A stretch of 64,000 nucleotides of DNA from an uncultured Trueperaceae bacterium (GCA_963799485.1 CAWCXJ010000008.1:96001-160000); one strand, 5' to 3'. Positions 30,333-40,083 are shown, numbered from the stretch's first letter. Program-made: numbers and translations. Notes: generated from the sequence alone by a model not told the origin.

Positions 30333-30361
30333 CGCATCTAAAAAGGCCGGGAGGTGTGTAT
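30333..30361 (+). promoter_or_regulatory. Putative ECF-sigma autoregulated promoter
   Basis: CGCATCTA-N13-GTGTGTAT, matched upstream of the CHRD gene. Confidence 0.45.
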
Positions 30362-30950
30362 CAGTTCTATAACGGAGTCCGATGAGCAGCTGATTTTTCA
30401 GATGGCTGCGCGTGACGAGGCTGCCCTCGCCGAACTCTACCGGCGCTACGCCCCGTATCTGGCAGCGCTCTCGCGGCGCATGTTGGGCGACAGTGGTGAC
30501 GTGCAGGGCTGTGTACAAGACGCCTTTTTCAAGGCGTGGGAAGCGGCGGAGCGCTTCGACCCGGCGCGGGCGAGCGCAAAAACGTGGCTCGTTACCATCG
30601 GTCACCGCGTCGCCATCAACAAGTTGCGCGGACGGCGGCCCAACCCGCTGCCGTTAGAAGACTGGGACGCGCCGACCCCGGCCCACGACCCGGTCGAGCG
30701 TATTGGGCTCGAGGGTGCCGTTGCTACGCTAGCCGGCGACGAGCGCGAACTTATCGAACTGGCCTTTTATCAGGGCCACTCGCATCAGGAGTTGTCCGAA
30801 CTGACCGGTAGGCCGCTTGGCAGCGTCAAGAGCAAGCTCCGCGCCGCGCTGCATAAACTGCGCGCCCAGCTCAGCGACGCCCCAGAAGACGCCGCAGAAG
30901 ATACTCCGAGCCGCGAAGACCGGGGCGACGCGAAGGGAGGTGAGGTATGA
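30354..30950 (+). CDS. ECF RNA polymerase sigma factor (SigK-like)
   Basis: DEAALAELYRRY, VQDAFFKAW, FDPARAS, AFYQGHSHQEL, PLGSVKSKLR; exact start uncertain. Confidence 0.9.
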   Translation: MCISSITESDEQLIFQMAARDEAALAELYRRYAPYLAALSRRMLGDSGDVQGCVQDAFFKAWEAAERFDPARASAKTWLVTIGHRVAINKLRGRRPNPLPLEDWDAPTPAHDPVERIGLEGAVATLAGDERELIELAFYQGHSHQELSELTGRPLGSVKSKLRAALHKLRAQLSDAPEDAAEDTPSREDRGDAKGGEV

Positions 30951-31675
30951 CCGTTGACCAGGATATGCTAATCAGCTACGCGCTCGGGCACCTCACCCCC
31001 CACGACGAGGCGGAGGTCGCGCGTCACTTAGAGACCCACCCCGAAGACGCGGCGTTGGTCGCGGACTACTTGGAGAGCCTCGCCGACTTTGCCTTGCAGC
31101 TCGCACCCGAAACGCTCCCTGAAACCGGCGAAGCCGACCTGCTCGCCCGAATTCGCGGTGCTGCGCCCGAGTCGGCCCCCGTAACGACGCCCGCTACCCC
31201 GGCGCCAACCGACCCTGAGCCGCCGCCCGTGATCGTCGTCCCATCGTCGCCGCGCCGCACCGCTTGGTGGCTTGCCGGTCTCGGCGCAGCCGCGGTCGCC
31301 GCGCTGCTCTACTTCGTGGTTCTTTCACTCGTCGGCCCGGACGCGACGTATACCCGGCAGCTCGAGCAGTACCAGGCCGAACCGGGCGCGGTCTCCTACG
31401 CACTGATGCAAGAGGGCCAGGCAGAACCGCTCGGTACCCTTGTCCGGCTTCAAGACGGACGCGTGTTCGCCTTGTTAAACACGCCTCCCGCTGAAGGCCG
31501 GGTTTATCAGGCGTGGAATATCGGCGACGCGGCGGTTTCACTCGGCACCTTCACGGACCGCACGTTTCTAAGCCAGGCCGAGGTTCCGACCGGGAATACC
31601 TTCGGGTTGACGCTCGAGCCCCCCGGCGGCAGCGACCAACCTACGACTACGCCGCTGACTCTTGTCGAGCTTTAG
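30947..31675 (+). CDS. Anti-sigma factor (RskA-like)
   Basis: YALGHL N-terminus, single TM, YQAW, FGLTLEPPGGSDQPT; ATGA-coupled to sigma. Confidence 0.85.
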   Translation: MTVDQDMLISYALGHLTPHDEAEVARHLETHPEDAALVADYLESLADFALQLAPETLPETGEADLLARIRGAAPESAPVTTPATPAPTDPEPPPVIVVPSSPRRTAWWLAGLGAAAVAALLYFVVLSLVGPDATYTRQLEQYQAEPGAVSYALMQEGQAEPLGTLVRLQDGRVFALLNTPPAEGRVYQAWNIGDAAVSLGTFTDRTFLSQAEVPTGNTFGLTLEPPGGSDQPTTTPLTLVEL

Positions 31676-31720
31676 GAGGTTCGCCAAACGTAACTAACTA
31701 ATACAGTCTGTAGTCCATCC

Positions 31721-31748
31721 CGCATCTATGCGGCGCGAAAGTGGGTAT
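31721..31748 (+). promoter_or_regulatory. Putative ECF-sigma promoter of CHRD gene
   Basis: CGCATCTA-N12-GTGGGTAT, preceded by CCATCC (31715-31720). Confidence 0.45.
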
Positions 31749-31799
31749 ATAGTAGATGAAGCATTTAGAGCTTTGCTCTAGAAACTCGGAAGGAGTTTT

Positions 31800-32453
31800 A
31801 TGAAACGCACCTTTTTACTCGGCCTTTTGCTTACCCTCGGCGTCGCTTTGGCGCAAACCATGACCGGCGGCGATATGTCGGGTGGCATGGCGTCTGGCGG
31901 TACTGTCACCAACCAAGAGATAAGTGGTGAGGGCGCGAGCGGGATGCCGGTCGAAGCACCGGTCGCCGCGCTAATGCAATCCGGCGGGATGATGTCGGGT
32001 GGCATGATGTCGGGCGGGATGATGTCGGGTGGCATGATGTCGGGCGGGATGATGTCGGGGGGCAGCATGATGGGTCAGCCCTTCGAGGTTTCGCTCTCAG
32101 GCGACAACGAAGTTCCACCTGTGACGACTAACGCAACCGGCAGCGCGACTGCGGCCCTGATGGGCGACACCATGACGTTAAATGGTGACTTTTCCGACCT
32201 GAGCAGCCCGGTCGTTGAAATTGCCGGTACCCCCGCGCACATTCACTTGGGCGCAGCCGGCGAAAACGGCGACGTTATCTTCCCGCTGAACGTCAGCGTC
32301 GACGAAGGGCAAACCAGCGGTATCTTCAGCCTCTCGACGACCCTGACCCAAGACCAGATCGACGCCTTTAACGCCGGTAACTTGTACATCAACATCCACA
32401 CCGAGATGAACCAGGGTGGCGAGCTTCGCGGGCAGATTACGCCCGGAATGTAG
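31800..32453 (+). CDS. Secreted CHRD-domain protein with Met-rich (SGGMM)n repeats
   Basis: RBS GGAAGGAG, signal peptide ALA-Q, LSGDNEVPPV, AHIH..G, LYINIHT, GELRGQI. Confidence 0.85.
   Translation: MKRTFLLGLLLTLGVALAQTMTGGDMSGGMASGGTVTNQEISGEGASGMPVEAPVAALMQSGGMMSGGMMSGGMMSGGMMSGGMMSGGSMMGQPFEVSLSGDNEVPPVTTNATGSATAALMGDTMTLNGDFSDLSSPVVEIAGTPAHIHLGAAGENGDVIFPLNVSVDEGQTSGIFSLSTTLTQDQIDAFNAGNLYINIHTEMNQGGELRGQITPGM
31980..32072 (+). repeat. 15-bp coding tandem repeat x5-6 with alternating variants (30-bp higher-order period)
   Basis: TCCGGCGGGATGATG, TCGGGTGGCATGATG, TCGGGCGGGATGATG, TCGGGTGGCATGATG, TCGGGCGGGATGATG, TCGGGGGGCAGCATGATG. Confidence 0.9.
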
Positions 32454-32473
32454 TTTCGCTTCATCGTCAAGCG

Positions 32474-32497
32474 GGCGGCCTGCGGGTCGCCTTTTTT
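32474..32497 (+). terminator. Rho-independent terminator
   Basis: GGCGGCC-tgcg-GGTCGCC followed by T6. Confidence 0.75.
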
Positions 32498-32553
32498 ATT
32501 GTCGCACCGCCCAGACCCAAATTGATGACACCTTTACGCCTATAGTCAAAGGT

Positions 32554-33489
32554 ATGACGACCCGGACTTTGGAACAAATCGAACTCGGCGGTGTTAAACA
32601 GTGGCTTTTAATTAGAGGAGACGCGCAGCAGCCTATCTTGCTCGTGTTACACGGTGGCCCCGGCAGTGCTGAAATTGCTACCGCCAGCCGTTACCAGCGT
32701 GAGCTAGAGAAACACTTTCTGGTCGTCAACTGGGATCAGCGCGGAGCCGGAAAGTCTTACGGCGGGGTTGCTCTGAGCATCGCGCAACTTGTCGCCGACG
32801 CGACCGAACTCATCAAGCTCCTGCTGGCGCGCTTCGGCAGGCACAAGCTGTATCTGTTCGGTCACTCGTGGGGGAGTGTGCTCGGTCTTTTGGTGACGCA
32901 CAGGGCTTCCGAACTCGTTTACGGCTATATCGGCGTCGGTCAGCTTGTAGACACCGCTGAAAACGAACGATTATCTTTTGAATATGTACAAAAACGCGCG
33001 CGGCAAACCGGAAACCGGCTGGCGCTGACGCAACTGCGCCGTAACGGTTCACCTCCTTACGGGAGTAATGTTCAGGCACTCCTTACGCAGCGTGCGTGGC
33101 TCTACGTGTACCGGGGCTTTTTCTACTCGCGGCGCAAAGCGCTACGTTACGCCCTGGCTTTCTTGCTGTCTGAGACCTACAGCTTGAGGGACAAACTGCA
33201 CTACTCTCAGCGGCTTCGAGCTTCGCTCAGGCAGCTTTGGCCCGGTTTGGAAGCCGTCAATCTCTCTGCTACCGTTCCCCGCGTAGAGGTTCCGATACTC
33301 TTTTGCCTGGGAAAATACGATATGACGACCCCCTCGGCTTTAGCAGCGCGGTATTTTGAGACGCTTGCTGCGCCCGGCAAACAGCTGACGTGGTTTAACG
33401 CCTCGGCGCACTGCCCGAACCTCGAAGAACCCCGAAAATTTGCGGCGGTAATTTTGGCCTGGACGAAACAATTAGAAACGAATTATTAG
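32554..33489 (+). CDS. Alpha/beta hydrolase (proline iminopeptidase-like)
   Basis: LHGGPG, WDQRGAGKS, GHSWG, GKYD, SAHCP; TATAGT-N7-ATG. Confidence 0.85.
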   Translation: MTTRTLEQIELGGVKQWLLIRGDAQQPILLVLHGGPGSAEIATASRYQRELEKHFLVVNWDQRGAGKSYGGVALSIAQLVADATELIKLLLARFGRHKLYLFGHSWGSVLGLLVTHRASELVYGYIGVGQLVDTAENERLSFEYVQKRARQTGNRLALTQLRRNGSPPYGSNVQALLTQRAWLYVYRGFFYSRRKALRYALAFLLSETYSLRDKLHYSQRLRASLRQLWPGLEAVNLSATVPRVEVPILFCLGKYDMTTPSALAARYFETLAAPGKQLTWFNASAHCPNLEEPRKFAAVILAWTKQLETNY

Positions 33490-33932
33490 TTCAAGTCACC
33501 CAACTGCTTAATCTCTTCAATAAACCGGTCGACCGAATCGAAGTCGCGGTAGACGCTTAAAAACCGGATATACGCCACATCGTCCAGACTTTTTAAGAAC
33601 CTGAGCGCCTTGACGCCGATGTCTTCGGCCTGCACTTCGGGGCTTTGTACGGCGTCTTCAAAGGTGTAGGCGAATTCGCGGAGCTGTTTTTCGGTGACGG
33701 GGCGCTTGTTGCACGCGATGCGGAGTTTCTGCAAAAGCTTATCGGGGTTAAACGCCTCGCGCCGCCCGGAACGTTTGACGACCATCAGCGCCTCGAACTG
33801 GGCGCGCTCGTAGGTAGTAAAACGGCGGCTGCAGACCGCACACTCGCGCCGCCGCCGAATCGAACTCCCCTCGTCGCTGGGACGCGAGTTGACGACGCGG
33901 GTATCATCCGAAGAGCAAAACGGGCAGTTCAT
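33486..33932 (-). CDS. nrdR: Transcriptional repressor NrdR
   Basis: CPFC, RRRREC..C, RFTTYE, ATP cone, DDVAYIRF.SVYRDF. Confidence 0.96.
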   Translation of the reverse strand: MNCPFCSSDDTRVVNSRPSDEGSSIRRRRECAVCSRRFTTYERAQFEALMVVKRSGRREAFNPDKLLQKLRIACNKRPVTEKQLREFAYTFEDAVQSPEVQAEDIGVKALRFLKSLDDVAYIRFLSVYRDFDSVDRFIEEIKQLGDLN

Positions 33933-33973
33933 AGTGTGCAGTTCACAGTGTCGGATTCACAGGTGAAGTGTCG

Positions 33974-34807
33974 CTACCACGTGGTATCGATTACGTTGTT
34001 CAGGTCGCGTTCCGCCTCGTCTTCTGTCAGCTCGTCGTCAGCGTCGTTTTCGTCCAGCTCATCTTCTGCAAGCTCGTCTTCGTCGTAGAGGCTGGCCTCG
34101 AGGTCGTCCTGGCGCACATTGATGTCTAGCGCGGCCCTCACCTCAGGTAACAGCGACTCGATGTCTTTGGGCGGCGGCGGCAACGTCACGTAAAACCGCT
34201 GGCCCGAAAGCCCGGTCTCGCGCGCGCCCAGATACATCACATTTTCTACGAGCGCCGCGTCGTGTTTGGGGTCTGAGGCGCTCCGTGAAGGTACCGCGAC
34301 GTTGACGCTAAGGCTTTCGGCGCGTGACTCGAAGCCGGTCGCCATCCGGGTAATCGCCCCGCGCACCGCGACCATGTGCGGTTCGGCGGCAGACCTGGGC
34401 GGTGAGACGATGACTACCCAGGCGTCTTCTAACAAGCGGGCAGCGGATTTGAGTACCAGAAAGGTGCTTTTGAGGTTTTCGTCTAACAGCTCGCTAAATT
34501 CGCCCTCACCGAGTTCGTTGAAGTTCGTATTGCTTTCAAACGCCGCGACGTGAACGACGCCGGAAAGGTCGCCGAAGATTTCAAAAACCTTGTCGAAGGT
34601 ACCCCGCACCTCGCTCTGCACCGACATATCGGCCTGAATGGGGATCGCCTGACCCCCCAGTTCTTCGATTTCGGCTGCCGTCTTCGAGGCGAGGATCACG
34701 TCTTTGTCGGCGCACACGACATCAAAATCAGCCTGCCCATAGGCGAGCGCGATGGCCCGACCGAACCCTTGACCGACGTTGGTGATTAAAACGACACTTA
34801 CGCCCAC
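33974..34807 (-). CDS. Degenerate SDR-fold protein with acidic C-terminal tail
   Basis: TNVGQGFGRAIA, ADMS, FGDLSGVVHVA; no YxxxK; Asp/Glu-rich tail. Confidence 0.7.
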   Translation of the reverse strand: MGVSVVLITNVGQGFGRAIALAYGQADFDVVCADKDVILASKTAAEIEELGGQAIPIQADMSVQSEVRGTFDKVFEIFGDLSGVVHVAAFESNTNFNELGEGEFSELLDENLKSTFLVLKSAARLLEDAWVVIVSPPRSAAEPHMVAVRGAITRMATGFESRAESLSVNVAVPSRSASDPKHDAALVENVMYLGARETGLSGQRFYVTLPPPPKDIESLLPEVRAALDINVRQDDLEASLYDEDELAEDELDENDADDELTEDEAERDLNNVIDTTW

Positions 34808-34917
34808 GACGTTTAAGCATACAGGTTTTTGCGCCTTCGGGTAAGCTGTTCGTTTCCCACACGTCGGTTTGAAGGTGTCCCCTGTTAGAATAGGGCTATG
34901 ACCGTTAGGAACACCTC

Positions 34918-35808
34918 ATGGCGCTAGAGCGGTGGTTTCGCCGTAAACGTCCGACCAGGGCCGACGACGACCCCAGTCCCGCCGGGTTGTGGCTCAAATG
35001 CGAAGAGTGCAGCGCCCAAATCTACCGCAAAGATTTAGAGGCCAACCTCTATCTCTGCACCGAATGCGGGCACCACTACCGGATGCCCGCCGACGCGCGT
35101 GTGGCGATGCTCGCCGACGAGGGCACCTTCGAGCGTTGGTCGGGCGAGATTCGGGCTACCGACCCGTTGTCGTTCGAAGACACCGAGCCTTACCCGGAGC
35201 GGCTGATGCGGGCGTCCGACAAACAAAAACGCCCCGACGCCATCCTGACGGGCGCAGCGACAATTGACGGGCAGCCGGTTGCGCTCTCGGTCATGGACTT
35301 CTTTTTCGCCGGGGGTTCAATGGGGTCGGTCGTCGGCGAAGAGATTGCCAGGGCCGCCGAACGTGCTGCCGACGAAGGGCGGGCACTCGTTTCCGTGGCT
35401 GCGTCGGGGGGCGCGCGGATGCAGGAGGGTGCCCTGTCGCTGATGCAGATGGCGAAGACGACCGTGGCCTTAGAGACACTTTCGCGCGCCAAACTTCCCT
35501 ATATCAGCGTCTTGACCGACCCCACGACGGGCGGCGTTACGGCGAGTTTTGCGACGCTTGGGGACATCATCGTCTCCGAGCCGCAGGCGCTGATCTGTTT
35601 TGCGGGGCCGCGCGTGATTCAGCAGACCATCAAGCAAGACCTGCCGCCGGGGTTTCAGCGCGCCGAGTTTTTGCTGCAAAAAGGGATGCTCGACGATGTG
35701 GTAAAACGCTCCGAACTCAAGGTGCGGCTGGCGCTCTATTTGGGGCTTCTGCGCGACACCCTGAACTCGGATGTAGCGGGGGGTGAACCGCGTGGCGCTG
35801 CCGTTTGA
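34918..35808 (+). CDS. accD: Acetyl-CoA carboxylase carboxyltransferase beta subunit
   Basis: Zn finger [40 protein letters not shown]. Confidence 0.96.
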   Translation: MALERWFRRKRPTRADDDPSPAGLWLKCEECSAQIYRKDLEANLYLCTECGHHYRMPADARVAMLADEGTFERWSGEIRATDPLSFEDTEPYPERLMRASDKQKRPDAILTGAATIDGQPVALSVMDFFFAGGSMGSVVGEEIARAAERAADEGRALVSVAASGGARMQEGALSLMQMAKTTVALETLSRAKLPYISVLTDPTTGGVTASFATLGDIIVSEPQALICFAGPRVIQQTIKQDLPPGFQRAEFLLQKGMLDDVVKRSELKVRLALYLGLLRDTLNSDVAGGEPRGAAV

Positions 35809-36745
35809 AAAACCCATCGACGACCTCGCCGCCCGGATAGAGGACATGCGCGCCTACGCCGCCGAGCAGGAGATCGACCTGTCCGAAGAGATTGCGCTTT
35901 TGGAGGGGCGGTTGGGGGGCCTCCAGCGCGACATATTTGAAAACCTCACGCGCTGGCAACGGGTTCAGGTGGCGCGCGCGCCGGGTCGTCCGACGGCGCT
36001 CGACTATATCGGCAGCGTGTTTGAAAGCTTTACCGAACTTCACGGCGACCGCACCCTCGGTGACGATAGCGCGATGGTCACCGGACTCGGGCGTTTGGGG
36101 GAGCACAGCGTCGTCGTTATCGGGCAGCAAAAGGGCCGCGACACCAAAGAAAATATCGGGCGCAATTTCGGCATGGCGCACCCGTCGGGCTACCGCAAGG
36201 CGATGCGGATGTTCGAGCTGGCCGACAAGTTCAGCCTGCCGGTCGTCACGCTCATCGACACACCGGGCGCGTATCCGGGTGTTGCCGCCGAAGAGCAGGG
36301 GCAGGCGTGGGTCATTGCCGAGAGCATTCAGCGGATGAGTCGGCTCAAGGTTCCGGCAGTCGCCCTCGTGATCGGTGAGGGCGGGTCGGGCGGCGCGCTC
36401 GCGGTCGGTGTCGCCAACCGAGTTCTGATCTTGGAAAACGCCATCTATTCGGTGATCAGCCCCGAATCGTGCGCGGCAATCTTGTGGCGCGACGCGTCGC
36501 AAGCTCCTAAAGCCGCTGAAGCGCTTAAACTCACGGCTTACGATCTACTCGAGCTGAACATCGTCGACAGTGTAATTAAAGAACCCGTCGGCGGCGCGCA
36601 CCGCGACCCGGCGGCGACGATTCGGTGTGTGGCGGCGCGTTTGGCAGAAGAGCTCAGCGCGCTTGCCGATATGTCCGAAACGGAGCTTTTAGAACAGCGG
36701 TACGCGCGGTTTCGCAATCTGGGGCGGCTCGAGGCCATAACTTGA
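35792..36745 (+). CDS. accA: Acetyl-CoA carboxylase carboxyltransferase alpha subunit
   Basis: [43 protein letters not shown]. Confidence 0.96.
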   Translation: MALPFEKPIDDLAARIEDMRAYAAEQEIDLSEEIALLEGRLGGLQRDIFENLTRWQRVQVARAPGRPTALDYIGSVFESFTELHGDRTLGDDSAMVTGLGRLGEHSVVVIGQQKGRDTKENIGRNFGMAHPSGYRKAMRMFELADKFSLPVVTLIDTPGAYPGVAAEEQGQAWVIAESIQRMSRLKVPAVALVIGEGGSGGALAVGVANRVLILENAIYSVISPESCAAILWRDASQAPKAAEALKLTAYDLLELNIVDSVIKEPVGGAHRDPAATIRCVAARLAEELSALADMSETELLEQRYARFRNLGRLEAIT

Positions 36746-36919
36746 GTTCTTCTGCCTGCTGAAGTATCTGTATATTTTGCAAGTGAGATGTCAGAGTAAG
36801 AGACGTTTGCGAAACATGGGCAAAGATGCCCTGAGTGCTCGAGGTGCCTCCAGCCGGGTATAACGCCGGTACAGCTCAGCTGCTTGCAACCTCGTTTCTG
36901 CAATTTACAGGGCTTGAGT

Positions 36920-37900
36920 TCATAGGGCTGATTCGTCGCCGGACTCGAGCCAGCTACACTCTTCTTCACTGAGCTCGAGGTTGAGCGCCCCTATATTGGC
37001 CGCGAATTCCGCGCCGCTGTTACACCCGACCAGCGCGTAAATATCGAGCGGTTGACTCGTCACGTAGGCGAGCGCGAGTTGCGGCAGTGACACACCCTTG
37101 TCTTGCGCCAGCGTTTCGGCGCGCTCCAAGCGCCTGAAGTTCTCTTCGTAGCAGTACGAGCCGACGCAGAGCTTGTCCAGATAAGACGTAAACGTATCCA
37201 GATTATCGCGGCGAAACCGCCCGGAAAAAAAACCGCCCGCCAGACTCGACCAGGTTAAGAGCGGCGTTCCCTGCTCTTGATACCACGCCCGCGCCGCCTC
37301 TCCGGACGGCCCGCCGATACTCACACACCCCGGCCACGGCTCCTCTACCTGCTCAGCCAAACTGAAGTTCGGACTGCTTACGGCAAAAGGCGTCAGGCCG
37401 TGCTCGGCGGCGTAACGGTTCGCTTCTTCAAAACGCGCCTGCGACCAATTCGACGCGCCGAAGGCCCGCAGCTTGCCACTTTTTTTATGTTCATTTAAGA
37501 CCTCCACAATCGGCCCGACCGGAACTCCCGGGTCGTCGCGGTGCAGAACGTAGAGGTCGATGTGGTCGAAGCCGAAGCGAGAGAGCGAATCGTGCAGGTC
37601 GGCGGTGACGTCAAACGGCGTGACCCGTTTGCGGTCGGCGTTGTGATGTGCGCCCTTGGCAACGATGACCACCTCGTCGCGGAGCCCGCGCTCGCGCACC
37701 CAGCGCCCGACCGTGCGCTCGTTGTCGCCGTCGCCGTAAACGTGCGCGGTGTCGAACGTCGTACAACCGAGTGCGAACACCTCGTCGAGCAGCCTGAACG
37801 ACCGCGCTGCTTCGGCGGAACTCACCATCACCGTGCCCTGAACGAGCCTCGAGACCCGTTTGTCCAAACCGGGCAGTGTACCGTAAAGCATGTCCGTCAC
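36920..37900 (-). CDS. Aldo/keto reductase
   Basis: FDTAHVYG, DLYVLHRDD, GASNW, WSSLAGG. Confidence 0.9.
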   Translation of the reverse strand: MTDMLYGTLPGLDKRVSRLVQGTVMVSSAEAARSFRLLDEVFALGCTTFDTAHVYGDGDNERTVGRWVRERGLRDEVVIVAKGAHHNADRKRVTPFDVTADLHDSLSRFGFDHIDLYVLHRDDPGVPVGPIVEVLNEHKKSGKLRAFGASNWSQARFEEANRYAAEHGLTPFAVSSPNFSLAEQVEEPWPGCVSIGGPSGEAARAWYQEQGTPLLTWSSLAGGFFSGRFRRDNLDTFTSYLDKLCVGSYCYEENFRRLERAETLAQDKGVSLPQLALAYVTSQPLDIYALVGCNSGAEFAANIGALNLELSEEECSWLESGDESAL

Positions 37901-38199
37901 TATATTTCTCCTGTCGTGCAGCCGGGGTCGAGTTTCTCAAAGTAGCCCAAGCTCCATTTCCACACAGCCTACACCAGCGAAACGCCACCAAGACGGGCGC
38001 AGCCTAAAAACCGTTGCCAAGCGGCTCGTTTTGGTTGCGAGCGTCGGTTAGCTCCCCCGGCACCGGGGAGCGCTTTGTCTATACTGGATACTTGCAAGGG
38101 TGCGCGCTGCTTCGAGCCTGCGCTGCTTGCCCGAATGTTTAAGCCCGACTTGAATTTCAACGCGTAAACTCTTGGGTAAACCGTAAGCTGACCCCGGGG

Positions 38200-38235
38200 C
38201 TCGAGCCTACAACCGGTCTCGAGCCTGCAACCGGT
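38200..38235. repeat. 18-bp direct tandem duplication beginning at CTCGAG
   Basis: CTCGAGCCTACAACCGGT / CTCGAGCCTGCAACCGGT. Confidence 0.8.
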
Positions 38236-38311
38236 GTCCGTTCGGTAACGCCTCAGCTTGAAGCAGTCGCGTAGATATGTAAACATCACCCTTGAAGATG
38301 GAGGTTTGACA

Positions 38312-39196
38312 GTGGCAGATACTGGTACGACAGACTACGCACACCCCGAAGTCTTGGTAACGACCGATTGGGTCGCCGAGCATCAAAACGACCCGGACGT
38401 TCGGATTATGGACGTCAGTGAAGACGTCCTTTTGTACGAGACCGGACACATCCCCGGCGCAGTTAAAATCGACTGGTTGGGCGACCTTTGGGACGACACC
38501 ATCCGCGAGTTTATTCAACCGGGCGAACTTGCCGAGCTGTTTGGGCGTCTGGGCGTTTCAAACGATACGACGATTGTGCTTTACGGCGATAAAAACAACT
38601 GGTGGGCGTCTTACGCGTTCTGGTTTTTTCGCTACAGCGGGCACGAAAACCTCAAACTGATGAACGGGGGCCGCGCCAAGTGGACGGCGGAAAACCGCCC
38701 CTTGACGACCGAAGCCCCGGACATCGAACCAGGCTCGTACACACCGGGCCAGCGCGACCCCGCGTTACGGGCTTTCAAAGACGATGTTTTGAAGCACCTC
38801 GAGAAAGTCGAAGCCGGAACCGGCGCGATGGTCGATGTGCGGAGCCCCGGCGAGTTTTCGGGCGAGGTCACGCACATGCCCGACTATCCGCAAGAAGGCG
38901 TTTTGCGTGGTGGTCATATCCCCGGCGCCCAGAGCATCCCCTGGGCGCAAGCGGTCGCCGCCGACGGAACTTTCAAAAGCGCCGATGAACTCCGCGAGCT
39001 GTACGAACCCAAAGGCGTGACCGGCGACAAAGAGATCATTGCCTACTGCCGCATCGCCGAACGCAGCTCGCACAGCTGGTTTGTGCTGAAGTACCTGCTC
39101 GGTTTTGAGAACGTAAAAAATTACGACGGCTCGTGGACGGAGTGGGGCAACAGCGTCGGGGTACCGATTGAAAAGGGCGAAGCGAAGCAGAGTTAA
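38312..39196 (+). CDS. Thiosulfate sulfurtransferase (two-domain rhodanese)
   Basis: [26 protein letters not shown] x2, [18 protein letters not shown]. Confidence 0.93.
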   Translation: MADTGTTDYAHPEVLVTTDWVAEHQNDPDVRIMDVSEDVLLYETGHIPGAVKIDWLGDLWDDTIREFIQPGELAELFGRLGVSNDTTIVLYGDKNNWWASYAFWFFRYSGHENLKLMNGGRAKWTAENRPLTTEAPDIEPGSYTPGQRDPALRAFKDDVLKHLEKVEAGTGAMVDVRSPGEFSGEVTHMPDYPQEGVLRGGHIPGAQSIPWAQAVAADGTFKSADELRELYEPKGVTGDKEIIAYCRIAERSSHSWFVLKYLLGFENVKNYDGSWTEWGNSVGVPIEKGEAKQS

Positions 39197-39211
39197 GCTT
39201 CAGACGATAGA

Positions 39212-39234
39212 GGCCGGGGGAGACTCCGGCTTTT
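39212..39234 (+). terminator. Rho-independent terminator
   Basis: GCCGGGG..CTCCGGC followed by T4. Confidence 0.6.
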
Positions 39235-39248
39235 GTTATGCTCCTTAA

Positions 39249-39644
39249 ATGGCAATTCGTTATCGAGAACCGTGTGAAGGTGTTACCGATAAGCACTTGC
39301 AAGGCAGCTTTTTTGTCGGCTGGTGGAAACCACGCACTCCTGCCGAGCATCTGGCTATCTTGCAAAATAGCGATTACATCGTGCTGGCACTGGATGACGA
39401 TACCGGGCAAGTCGTAGGTTTCGTTACTGTGCTGACCGACGGTATACAAGCGGCTTTCGTCTCGTTGCTAGAGGTACTTCCTGATTTTCAGGAACGTGGA
39501 ATCGGCAGTGTACTTATGGGAAAGGTCATCGAAAGGTTTGGGCATCTGCCTGCCTTAGACCTGACTTGTGACCCTCAGCTACAAGCGTTTTACGCCCGCT
39601 TTGGGATGCAACCCTCAACAGGTGCTATCTTACGAAATTATTAG
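39249..39644 (+). CDS. GNAT-family N-acetyltransferase
   Basis: VLPDFQERGIGS, FYARFG; TATGCT-N6-ATG. Confidence 0.85.
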   Translation: MAIRYREPCEGVTDKHLQGSFFVGWWKPRTPAEHLAILQNSDYIVLALDDDTGQVVGFVTVLTDGIQAAFVSLLEVLPDFQERGIGSVLMGKVIERFGHLPALDLTCDPQLQAFYARFGMQPSTGAILRNY

Positions 39645-39652
39645 GAGACCCC

Positions 39653-40039
39653 ATGAACCTCGAGCACGTCGCCGTAAACCTCCCCGACCCGCAAGCCGCC
39701 GCTACCTGGTACGCCGAAAACCTGGGTCTAAAGATTGTCAAAGCTTCCGACACGGAACCTTTCGTGCACTTTTTAGCTGACGACTCCGGGAGTATGCTCG
39801 AGTTCTACAACAATCCGCTCGGCGCGGTTCCCGATTACGCCGGCATGAGCCCCTTTACGCTGCATCTGGCGTTCTCCGCCGAGGACATCGAAGCGGTGTG
39901 GGAACGGCTGCTCGCGGCCGGGGCCACCGCAGAAGGAGAGCTCGAGACGACCCCCGCAGGCGACCGCATCGTCTTTTTACGTGACCCGTGGGGCGTGAGC
40001 CTGCAACTCGTCAGCCGCCGTAAACCTCTCCAGCCGTAA
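39653..40039 (+). CDS. VOC/glyoxalase-family protein
   Basis: EHVAVN, LEFY, HLAF, FLRDPWG..LQL. Confidence 0.85.
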   Translation: MNLEHVAVNLPDPQAAATWYAENLGLKIVKASDTEPFVHFLADDSGSMLEFYNNPLGAVPDYAGMSPFTLHLAFSAEDIEAVWERLLAAGATAEGELETTPAGDRIVFLRDPWGVSLQLVSRRKPLQP

Positions 40040-40053
40040 ACCTCTCTAGGAGT

Positions 40054-40083
40054 AAAAAACCTACCGTTTGGGGGAACGGTAGG
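40054..40083. terminator. Terminator-like hairpin
   Basis: A6 followed by CCTACCGTT-tggggg-AACGGTAGG. Confidence 0.55.

Noticed and set aside
30184..30372. 62-aa ORF upstream of the ECF sigma
   Set aside because: No RBS or recognisable motif; overlaps the putative promoter
31980..32072. CRISPR-like repeat
   Set aside because: In-frame 15-bp coding repeat without spacers
34898..34927. Leaderless u[12 protein letters not shown] overlapping the accD start
   Set aside because: ATG at the predicted TSS may be chance; accD has its own AGGA RBS; no further support
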